Notes under the pieces: generated by a model
The model's input: the letters and a program-made list of their open reading frames with translations, nothing else
Database searches by the model: none
Told to the model about the DNA's origin: nothing
Part shown: in pieces, positions 13,600-23,990 of the stretch
How the letters are laid out: the number at the start of each line of letters is the position of its first letter
Numbering within the stretch: position 1 is the first letter of the stretch
Translations under genes and position numbers: made by a program
Assembly (NCBI GenBank): GCA_010015805.1
Contig: ML978132.1
Coordinates: forward strand, 744,001-808,000
Reading direction: 5' to 3'
DNA from: Rhizodiscina lignyota
Taxonomy: Eukaryota
Length of the DNA stretch: 64,000 nucleotides

Positions 13600-13605
13600 C
13601 CTCGG
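13600..13605. promoter_or_regulatory. CCTCGG, candidate FarA/FarB (fatty-acid induction) site upstream of the SRL esterase
   Basis: Exact hexamer about 380 bp upstream of the esterase ATG. CCTCGG is the established Aspergillus FarA/FarB core. Single copy only. Confidence 0.3.
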
Positions 13606-13789
13606 TTCGAATTATTGTCGCCGTTATCGGTTAGAGTCTTCCCGGACGAACCGGACGAATTGCGCACCTCCCCACTAAACGTCGATAATATCAGAGAGCG
13701 CGGAGACTTTTTATATTATAAGTCTGTGATAATTTATCATCTTCGGACATATTTAAAGACTGTGGACTTGCTACATTGGCTACGTCCCT

Positions 13790-13814
13790 ACCAAGCTGAC
13801 CAAGCTGACCAAGC
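13790..13814. repeat. Short tandem repeat (ACCAAGCTG) x~2.8
   Basis: accaagctg accaagctg accaagc read directly. Confidence 0.8.
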
Positions 13815-14936
13815 ATAGTGTACCAGAATCTTCAACGCTCGTACCATCTCTCATCCATCGTCGGCCAACAAGACTACCCGACAGCAAAGAATTATGGTCG
13901 TAAGCGGTCCGCTTGAAAGGCTTCAATTAGCCTTCAGAGTGACGCGTTTCAACTTCGACGCAATTCTGTACGCGTCAGCGTAATGCCACGAACCATTCTG
14001 TCTGGGCCATATCAATTATCAAATGTCCCTCGTCGAAGTCAAGCACCGCTCGTTCGCGTTAAGCCGGACCTTTTGCAGTGAAGAAAGAGATACTCATTGT
14101 GGACCAATCCCCTCCATGTCGAGCGCAACTAATTATTCTCACTCACGCTTACGAAGGAGCCAGTTCCCGGCGAGCGACCAGTCTACAGAGCCCCTGTATT
14201 ACAATTTCCTCCGCCATTTATAAGAAGCTTCCGCATATTGGTGAGCTTCATTTGAGGTTATCAAGGAGTAGCTTGCTTCTCATTATGGCCACATAGAGAC
14301 GCTCTTACAAGTTTCATCCGCCCACAAGAAAATAGTTCCTTCGTATTTCGGTGAACCAGCAGACTCATATACTTGATCCCATGGACATCGAGGTTTCATA
14401 TGACATTTCCATCTCGCGCATATTCCTTGGAAACATTGGATCTTCTAAGCCGATGAATGAAATGGCAGCACTCCCCCGTCGGAGAGCATCATGCGCCTTT
14501 GGATACCGGAATACTTCGCAAACGATGTCTATATTCCTCTAGGCCCGGTAGACTCGGACGGTCTCTCCGTCTTAAGGAATCTTTCATTTCTTCATGCCTC
14601 GGTAGACGCAGTCTCAATACCTCCAAAGATCATGGACTCAACATCAACGATCCTGAATGTTGAATCCGAGGCACCCTTATGCAAATCAGGATATTCGCCT
14701 ATCTGATCTCAGATTTCTGTCGAATACCGGATGTTATAACACTGCACCTTTAGGCACCGTGGTAACAAGCCTGTACAATGTGGCCCAGAGACTGATAAGG
14801 TAACCTTAGAAAGAAAAGCTGAAATTTGAGCAAGGCTGTCGCGTGGAATACGCCGCCACAGGCACAATTCATTAGCTACCTAACTCAGTGAGTGTGAGAT
14901 ATGGCTTATGGCTTGAAGAAGTCGGTTGAAGGGCGT

Positions 14937-15505
14937 TCATGTACCGTGCAGCTTCTCAATGTCACCCTTCACAACACCATCCTTCCCATATCCAGGCACG
15001 GCCTCGCCATAGATCAGATTGTCGTAACCAACCATCACCTTGATCCCATCTTCTACATTAACGAAGTTGTTTACATCAGCTATATCAGTTACGTTAGACT
15101 CCCTCATCGTCATTCCCTCTGATCTGCGGAGCACTTACGCGTCGCCTTTGCATACTCCTCGCTCTTCGTAAACTTGTCAAAATCCTCTATCCGCTCGAAC
15201 CAAAACTCTGTACACGCATCCCACTCCATCGACGGCAGGCCGATCTTCTTCGCCAGCTCTTTGTGCTCGGGCGTCTGATGGAACTGGTTGTAGCGCAGCA
15301 GGTTGCACTCCTTGTATGCGCGCATCGACGTCACGAGATCGGCGTGCACGTGGTGCCAGTGATTCTGGAAAAACTCGTACGAGATGCCGGGTTTCTTGTT
15401 GAAAAACATGGAGATGCGGATGTAGGGTTTGATGTTGGGAGGCTTGTCATACGAGAGCTGAGAAAGGGAAAAGCTGTGATTTACTCTGGGTGGGTCTTGT
15501 GCCAT
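14937..15505 (-). CDS. EthD-domain (dimeric alpha-beta barrel) protein
   Basis: Exons 15505-15139 and 15079-14937 (intron GTAAGT..CTAAC..TAG). Motifs KKPGISYEFFQNHWHHVHA, RYNQFH, WDACTEFWF and PDVNNF are typical of fungal EthD proteins. Confidence 0.85.
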
Positions 15506-15983
15506 GGCGGCAAAAGGCCTAAAATGGAGAGGATGGCGCGGAATGCGTGTTGTTTAGATGGAAAGTGAGGTATTTGTATCCACCAGTTTGCCAAGGCAAG
15601 TGGCGGGTAAGAAGGGACGATGCACAGACTTCGATTGAAGAGAAGTAAGAAAAGAAAATTAAGTCAGGGATCTCTGAAGCTCAAACTATGAATTTATCGT
15701 TCAATCGTAGAAGCTTGATGTTGGAAAACCGTACCCGAAAGGGGAGTAACCTGGTCACGTTACCCAAGCGGCACGATGAGGGGAAAACAAGTTCTCCGGT
15801 CTGCGTGAACAAGAATGTACGAATCAAGTCGTGCATTCCTAGGCGAATTCAACTTTAAGACGTTGTTGAAATAGGGAGCTCTGAAGAATCGGTCCAAGGT
15901 TGTCATGCAGAAATCGCTGACTGTGTGATCGACGGGAGGCATGCAATGAGCAACGTCGAACTTCAATTTGCCTGCATGCAGCA

Positions 15984-17282
15984 TTACAGTTGAAATCTTG
16001 TTCGCACTTTCTCAGACCCAGCTTTCCATTCCCACTCTTGTCCACTGGATCTCTGAATGCCTCTGTCGACTCGCCTCAACTTGAGGGTGAACCTTGGACC
16101 AAGCTCTTGCAGGCCTGCCCTGATGTCCTCAACGCCTTTAACAGGCTTACCGTCCGTGCCAACTATACTCTTTTCGCTTGACTTCCTGTCCCGGAAAACG
16201 TATCTATGTCGTCTGAAGAAGACGTAATCGCGCTGATTGTGCAGTGTGACAACCTGCCTTCCGTGCAATTCTGGTTGCGGCGGGAACATTGTGCGGAACA
16301 AATGTGCTGTCAAAAGGCCAAGTGGAGTGCGGAAGTTGTTCAGAATAAGCTCTGGGTAGTGATTAGTCGGATTTCCGTGTCCAGGAAGTTTCTTGCCCTC
16401 GATCCAATTCTTGAGAGCAAAATGAAACATTGGGCCGTGAGGTAAATGGACAATGTCGAGACCACAAGGAAGCTTTTGGTCTTCATTTAGCACTAAGAGT
16501 GTCGTGTAGCCTCTATTGGCAGCAAACTTGGATATTTCGCGCACAGAGTATTTGTGACCGTAGCGATGAGCCGAGCGGCGTATGTATGTGCTATTGGGGA
16601 AGAGTTCTGTAAGAAGTTCTGCGTGTGTATGGAGTGTGCTGTTGATGGATGTCGTGATGAGAATTTTCGGGTCTGGAGGAGGTGCGAAGAGAGTTGGAAA
16701 TTTAGCAGCGAGCGCTTCTGGAGTTAGGTCAAGTCGAGTGCTCATCGTCGAGCCGGATGGACTGGTGGCTCTCTTTGCGGGCGGTGATGATGTCCTGTTT
16801 CGCTCCGCTTTGTCCGCATCGCTGTCTGAAGAGCCCTCTTTATCTTGATCGTCCTCATCCTCGTCCTCAGTGTCCTCCAACATGCTATCCACGTCGCTCT
16901 CTCCCTCTTCGTCTTCTGCATCTTGTTCCGCTCCAATTGGTGATTCTGCCACTGCCATTTGCCTCTCCTGCTCCTCCTCCTCCATTTTTCGCCTCTTTAA
17001 CCTCTCAACATCAATGCTCAGGCCTAGCTCGTCTCCTTCATCTCCCACCACGTCGTCCCAAACACGCTTCTTGTCAATTGTCACTGGTACATTCTGCGCG
17101 AGTCGGTTTTCCTTTAACCGTGGATCTTTCTCCTCTTCTCTTTTCCTACCAAAGCGCTCCTTTCTCTTGATGCCATCCAGTGCCTGCTTCCGCTTGATGT
17201 GTAGTTGTTGTCGCCGCACCTTGTTTGCGGTCTTGAATGGTAGATGCGCTTTAGGACCGAGTTTGAGACGTTTCGACGCCAT
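15984..17282 (-). CDS. RPF1: Brix-domain ribosome production factor Rpf1
   Basis: Intronless 432-aa ORF with PKILITTS, HLPHGP, GHGNPTNHYPELILNNFRTPLG, VVTLHNQRDYVFFRRHRY and LQELGPRFTLKL. Confidence 0.93.
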   Translation of the reverse strand: MASKRLKLGPKAHLPFKTANKVRRQQLHIKRKQALDGIKRKERFGRKREEEKDPRLKENRLAQNVPVTIDKKRVWDDVVGDEGDELGLSIDVERLKRRKMEEEEQERQMAVAESPIGAEQDAEDEEGESDVDSMLEDTEDEDEDDQDKEGSSDSDADKAERNRTSSPPAKRATSPSGSTMSTRLDLTPEALAAKFPTLFAPPPDPKILITTSINSTLHTHAELLTELFPNSTYIRRSAHRYGHKYSVREISKFAANRGYTTLLVLNEDQKLPCGLDIVHLPHGPMFHFALKNWIEGKKLPGHGNPTNHYPELILNNFRTPLGLLTAHLFRTMFPPQPELHGRQVVTLHNQRDYVFFRRHRYVFRDRKSSEKSIVGTDGKPVKGVEDIRAGLQELGPRFTLKLRRVDRGIQRSSGQEWEWKAGSEKVRTRFQL

Positions 17283-17385
17283 TTTTGTTCAGCGCCTCAC
17301 GCTTTAGGCTATAAAAATCACCGCCACGCCGGAGTCGAGCGCGTGTCTGAATGACGTCTTCAATCTTGCTCTGGACGGCCCTCCA

Positions 17386-17406
17386 GAAAATTTATCTCGA
17401 GATGAG
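17386..17406. promoter_or_regulatory. RRPE-like (GAAAATTT) plus PAC-like (GAGATGAG) ribosome-biogenesis elements in the RPF1/GRS1 divergent promoter
   Basis: cagAAAATTTatctcGAGATGAGc lies about 105-125 bp upstream of the RPF1 ATG. A second AAAATTTT occurs near 17457. Confidence 0.55.
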
Positions 17407-17569
17407 CGGCATGCCAAGATTTCGCGGCAAATGCCGTCAGCGGCAGCGCTTTGGCCAAAATTTATGAGACTCCCGCTTTGTGAGAATTGACACAGTCACA
17501 GCTGGTTTCAAGCAGCGCTATCGACTCACGCCGCTTTTCTCTCCCTTATAAAGGGGATTCTATACGTGC

Positions 17570-19758
17570 ATGCGTGTGCCTTCCAGCTTCCTGCATCTTC
17601 AAATTTCCACATTCAATTCTACCAAGCCCATTGCACCACTTTTCTACCATTCCGCTCGTCTATTTACCTCTTCAGCTGTAAGCTTCAAATTTCAGCACAA
17701 AACCAAACAATCAACACAAACCACCATGACGACCACAAAAACCGGTGCGCCATTTGATCGCGCCTCGCTCGAGTCGCTGGCAAAGCGGCGAATGTTCTAC
17801 ACCCCATCCTTCGAAATCTACGGCGGCGTTTCTGGGCTGTACGACTATGGCCCGCCAGGCTGCGCACTGCAGGCGAATGTGGTCGACACATGGCGGAAAC
17901 ACTTTGTGCTGGAAGAGGACATGCTCGAGGTCGACTGTACTATGCTGACCCCGCATGAAGTGCTTAAGACTTCTGGGCATGTGGACAAGTTTGCGGATTG
18001 GATGTGCAAGGATCCGAAGACTGGCGAGATTTTCAGGGCCGACCATCTAGTTGAGGAAGTGCTGGAGAGCAGGCTGAAAGGCGACAAAGAGGCGAGAGGC
18101 CAGAAGGTGGAGGTTGAAGAGGAAGACCCGAAGAAGAAGAAAAAGAAAGTGAAGGAGATTAAAGCTGTAAAGCTAGACGATGCAGTCGTGCAAGAGTACG
18201 AGGAAATTTTGGCCAAAATCGACAACTACGATGGCCCAGAACTTGGCCTGCTCATGAAGAAATATGATATTAAAAATCCCGCAACTGGCGGCGAACTCGA
18301 ACCTCCAGTGGCCTTCAACCTCATGTTCCAGACGTCCATTGGCCCATCTAGCAACATTGCTGGCTATCTCCGACCCGAAACAGCGCAGGGCCAATTCCTC
18401 AACTTTGCGAAAATGCTCGACTTCAACCAACAGTCCATGCCTTTTGCGTCAGCCTCGATTGGCAAGTCATTCCGCAACGAAATCTCACCTCGCTCCGGTC
18501 TGCTTCGTGTGCGCGAGTTCCTCATGGCGGAAATCGAACATTACGTCGACCCCGAAGGTGGCAAGAAGCATCCGCGCTTCGACGAGATCAAGGATGTAGA
18601 GCTCGCGCTGCTGAATCGGGAAGTGCAATTAAGCGGCAAAACGACGGTGGAGCGCACACCAATTGGTAAGGCAGTGGAGACGAGACTGGTAGATAACGAG
18701 ACGTTGGGCTACTTCCTGGCAAGGATACAACTGTTCATGGAGAGAATCGGTGTGGACAAGACCAAGTTGAGGTTCAGACAACATATGGCGAACGAGATGG
18801 CACATTATGCTGCGGATTGCTGGGATGCAGAGCTTCTCACATCCTACGGCTGGATCGAATGCACTGGCTGCGCAGATCGTAGTGCATACGATTTATCTGT
18901 ACATGCAAAAAAGACTGGCGCACCACTGGTAGTCAGAGAGCCGAGGAAGGAGCCGTTGAAGATTGAAGAGTGGCAGATTGACTTGGACAAGAAGAAATTT
19001 GGCCCCAAATTCAAAAAGGATGGCAAGAGTGTCGAGGCCGCCATTGAAGCTCTCACGCAAGATATGAGGGAGAAACTGTCGCTGGATCTGAAGAATAGTG
19101 GCAAGATCACGATCGATGTCGAGGGCGTTGCTGATGGAACGGTGGAGCTTGACAAAGATCTCATCAACATCGAGAAGCGCACACGGGTGGAGAATACGCG
19201 AGAGTATACGCCCAATGTCATTGAGCCTTCTTTCGGTATTGGCAGGATAATATACTGTCTGCTGGAGCACAACTTCTGGACACGAGAAGGCGATGAGGCG
19301 CGTGGTGTAAGTCTCCCCAAGAATCCCACAATAGTGCACTGCATCGAAGAGACAGAAGCTGACAATCCCACCAGGTCCTATCGTTCCCCCCCTCCATAGC
19401 TCCCACAAAAGTCCTTCTCGTTCCCCTCTCCACCAACCCCGCCTTCACTCCACTTGTCGCGCGCCTCTCTTCCCGCCTGCGTTCTCTCGGCATAAGCAGC
19501 CGCGTTGACGACAGCAGCGCCAGCATTGGCAAGCGCTACAGCCGCAACGACGAGCTCGGCACTCCTCTGGGTGTCACGGTCGACTTTCAGTCGGTCAAAG
19601 ACAACACCGTGACGCTCAGAGAGCGTGATTCGACAAAACAAGTTCGCGCGAGCGATGACAAGGTCTTGGATGCTATTAAAGCTATCGTGGAGGGTAGGGA
19701 GAGCTGGGCGGATGTACAGAAGAGACTGCCGGCTTTTGAGGGGCAGGATGTAGATTAG
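17570..19758 (+). CDS. GRS1: Glycyl-tRNA synthetase; upstream ATG 17570 adds a mitochondrial-type presequence, second ATG at 17726
   Basis: Exons 17570-19306 and 19375-19758. Contains FEIYGGVSGLYDYGPPG, YLRPETAQGQF, FRNEISPRSGLLRVREF, VIEPSFGIGR and anticodon-binding SIGKRYSRNDELGTP. Confidence 0.97.
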
Positions 19759-22700
19759 AGAGGGGTAATGGCATGCACTGGTCTGGGCTGGAGTCACGGT
19801 ATCAGGCAGGTTTTCGAGTGTTCCCTCGGGGAAATGAGCGTCGTCGGGTTCTTGCTGTATCTGTAGACGTCGCATAGTATATTTTAAGAGCAATATCGAG
19901 TCCGTCGAGGGTGAGAGCATCTTGCAACTCTACTACAATTGTTTCACTGCTGCTGCTATGTATGCTGTATCTCTTCGCTTGTGAATGATTACGCAATCCC
20001 CATTTTCTGGGCTCCCAGGGAAGGGTTTTGAGATACGGAGTACTCCGTACGTCTACATGCTTTGCAGAGATGATGTTTTACAGCAACGTGAAGGAGCGTA
20101 AGCGACGCTTCACCACATCCTTGAGCCATGCAGCTGGGACTTGATGAGTATATGGGTTCCTTACAGGCACTGAGCACGGAAGAACTAAAATGAGCAGGTT
20201 ACCCATGATCTATGATACAGCAGTAGAGCCAATGTACTGGATATCTTCGGGCAGCGGACCGCGTGGTATGCTTGTCTGGAGCGTCGTCTTTGGGAGCGTC
20301 GAAGTGTCTGTCACAGAAGGCAAGGTGTTTCAGACTACTTCTACAGTGCGTCCGAATGTTGCACAGAAACGTGACTTCGCTCTCGCGATCTGGAGAACCG
20401 TCCGAACGTTGCACGAAACGTGACTGCTACCCAACGAACTCTACGCAACGGACCGGTATCGCTGGCTGCGATCAATCAACACATGTTGTATGCTTGCTCC
20501 CGCCTTTCGTAACATCGGGATGGTTGAGCTGGACTCGGGAGGGAAGGCAGCCGTCAGTGGAAAGGAATGGGACGGCGAGATGGAAGGCAAACGTGTCGAT
20601 TCCTCGGGAAGTCCGAAGTCGTATCTATTGATTTGCTAGAAGACGAAGCAAATGAGATGGGTGCGATCGGATGAGTCGTTTGTGAGTTGCGAAGCCTAGG
20701 CTCGACGGAGTAACAAACAGTGACATTCGGCCGCCAAGAAGGCAGCTTTTCAGAAAGCGAAATGCGATGCGGAGTACAGACACTGGCCAATTCGTCACTG
20801 TCAGAGAAGCTAGAGAATGCCGTCACTTTAGGACGGGAGCGCAGACGGCACCCTCCTGAAATAGCGAGTCGCAATACTGGCGGTAAGAAAAGCACGAAAT
20901 ATTGGTCTGCAGCGACGTTCAACGTGCAGGAAAAGGCCAGCCACGAAAAAGACTGGACGAGAGCCGTTCAGATGACGGAGGCTGAAGGTTCACGGGGCAC
21001 AATCGTGCCCAATATACAGACCTTTTCTTGAGCTGGCTCCTGCAGAATGGTCGGCCGCTTTTGGGGGCCGCGTGGTCCTTCCAATTGGGCTGAACGACAT
21101 CGAGGGCAAGTAGCACGGCATCTCGCTCCATGCTGTACGGACTGTGCAACTCGACCTTGGATAAATGGAGAAGGGGTTGTAACCGTTGGAACGGGTATGA
21201 GAGACGCAGCACCTATGCAGGTACTCGGGAGGATTTCCGTGCTTATGTAGTTAGATTTGAATACATCACCCTGTAACTCGATATTGTACTGATGTAGAAA
21301 CGAAAGGATAAATGCAATTTAATCCTTTGCTTACTGTGAAAATGAAAATGTAGTGTAGGATGCGTTCCTGAAGCTGAAGTCGCTCTGTGCAGTCGAACCG
21401 CAACTCCCAGCCTGCCGAACTGGGGTTTTGCTCTCATTGCCGGAGAGCACTCGTTCGAGTCCGTGGCACAGAAACAACTTTTTCCTGCAGCAACCCACTC
21501 TCTCGGGCATCGAGATTTGCAGATGCCAAGTACAGCAGGAATCAACCGATGGAAATCTCTGGCCCAGCTCTCGAATCCTCCTCGTCGATCTCACAGCAGC
21601 GGCATGTGCCATCCGTTCCAACGAAGCATTCCAAGCTCCCCCAGCTTCTGTGTTGTTGCTCGAACGCGACAACAACGCGTCTTCATTTAGCTCCCGCTCG
21701 CATTATTGATTTCATCAATCTATCGCATCTCATCCAAGTCCAGCTGACCTTCCCGCCTCCACATTGAACGCGTCTGTGGCTCTTCCGCATGGCATTGGTG
21801 CGCGCGGCAACCTCAATCTATCTGCTCAGAAGGCCGTGCGAGCATGTGGCTGGCCTGTCAAACGCGCTCGCTAGGCCTCACGTCGAGCAGTCAGCTCGGA
21901 AATCAGCGATTAGATTGCATCATGGGTAGCGTCGAGCGCCGGCTGCTCGCGTGAGCTTGGCCGGGTTTGCTGCGAGTCGTGCGTCTTGCCCTCGAGCTGG
22001 AGGCTGGGACATCCCAGAGCGCGCTCGTCCAGTCGGGGCATCGAGGAAGAACCAGCGTCTGCATGACGCGATGCTGATTTTGGAGTCGCTTGAAACGGCT
22101 TCTGCACTCCGGCGTTGGGCATGAAGGGCATGAAGAAGCACACTGCAGCTGTCTGTCCTCACGCTTCGGGGCAGTCTCCTTTCAGGATGGCCGAAAGTTT
22201 CTTCCACAATGTGATCAAGGCGATGGAAAGGATCTTCTCCGAGTGGTGGCCTCGCGCATTGGCATCTTCTGTAGCGACTCGGAGCGCGCCTCAAAGTCTC
22301 AACGGCCTCACCAACACCACCAAACCTTCGAGAACGATTGTGTAACCCGCCACTCATCTTGGAAGCATAACGGCTGACATGATGGCGTCGACGGCAATGA
22401 AGAACCGGCTCGGGCTGAAAGTTGCGCAATGCGGCTAAGGAATCGCTCCTGAACACCCTATTCGCATGTCTCTTTGCGAACGTCAATCACGAGTGTGCCT
22501 TCTGCAGGAGACGAAACGATGACCTTGAAGGATAACAAGTGCTCCACGTGCAACGGTGCATATATTCCACATTTCGGTGGGTCCACTTGCCCTCGAATGT
22601 TTGCAAAATTTTCCTATCCTGGTAAACAAGCATCGGCCCGTTCATCTGTCATTGCGTCGTCTAACACTTTCTCGTACTCTCAGTTGATCTGTAATATGTC

Positions 22701-23990
22701 GACAAGCTTGACCACGGAAGCCAGCACCATGTCCCAGCCTAACTTTATTTATCGGATGGATACCAACGATGCTAGCCCCAGTCGCGCGTGAATTTGGCAA
22801 GGATTCTGACTTCGTCGGCAGCAGCATCCCTGTAACGGCCGCTAGCATGCACGATGTTTGACCTTATCCGCGGTTTAGCTCAGGGCTCACATGAATTTTG
22901 GAGTTCAAGGCTCCTCAAGCGCGTTCAGCTAGCTTCCCATCGTCATCATAGCTTTGTTTGGCAAGGAGGGTGCTCCATCTCATTTCATCGGCAGCATTTT
23001 CGGATTGGCTGTTTGCGCGCTATCACTTCCATAGACAGGCAAGCAAAGGCGCCTTTATGCTTGCATCACAAGCACGTTGTTTGCCTCGTAACAACAGATC
23101 CGGAGCACGCAATTCGCTCTCCTCCCCGCATTTTTTTTAACCCGTGGCCGCCATATCCAGTGGCTGCCACATGCCTGCCTATCCTTGATGCTTTGCCCCA
23201 AGGAAACTGCTCAGTTCAGTCACAACGAAGGTCCTCACAGACCAAGTCTTGAGCGTAGGACAAAGCGTGACGCAGTGGCACGAGAGAATCTCGTGCGGCT
23301 GGCCCCATATATCGGCCCTCCACTACGCTGCCTCTTTTTTTAATCACTTTGTGTAGCCAAATTTTCGCGTTTGGCCAACGTTCAACAAGCTTCCGATCCA
23401 ACAGCGCGTCAGCAAAGCCAAATCCTGAGAGGCAGCGGCCTTGTACGTGTCCGTCCCATATTTATCAACCGGCACGTTCCTCACAGCTATATTCCGCGTC
23501 TGGTATTTGTGTCCCTAAAGGAAAGCTACGCGTCTTTTGTGTGTCAGGAGAAATTACTCGGTCCTTTTGGATAGTAGTGCTCTTGGAGTTGGTCTGGCCC
23601 GGACGTCAGCAGGTGAGACATTGGACATTTTGCTTCGTCTCTCCAGATTCGCCCGGAAAATAGCTGAATTCTTCCAAAATCAGTATTTCAATATTTGCTG
23701 TCATCGAAGGAGTTCATATATTAACCAGTAATGTAGGCTATTCAATTCGAATCTTGCGGCTTGCATCTGCCGTCGAGTGTGTCTTGTCTAGAATTACGTA
23801 CCACTGGGACACCCTTGTCGAGCCCTCGAGCCCTCAACTGCGAACTGCATGATTCAATCCTTTCATCCTACCACCTGCCGGGATCTCTCGCTGGGGTCTG
23901 CACGTGCAGCCTAAATAATCCACGGAAAGATCAGCAACGGAAAGGAGACATAAATATTACCGGCGCATTACCGCGCGATTCGTCGAGAGC

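Noticed and set aside
13830..14710. Fragmentary plus-strand ORFs with a leucine-rich look (e.g. LPHIGELHLRLS, MRLWIPEYF)
   Set aside because: Frames do not join through credible introns. A possible pseudogene, but the evidence is too weak to call.
19800..23950. Many short overlapping ORFs in the long GRS1-CRIB interval; also scanned by eye for tRNA, snoRNA and transposon ends
   Set aside because: No coding signature, box motifs, cloverleaf or terminal repeats recognised. Treated as regulatory or UTR DNA.
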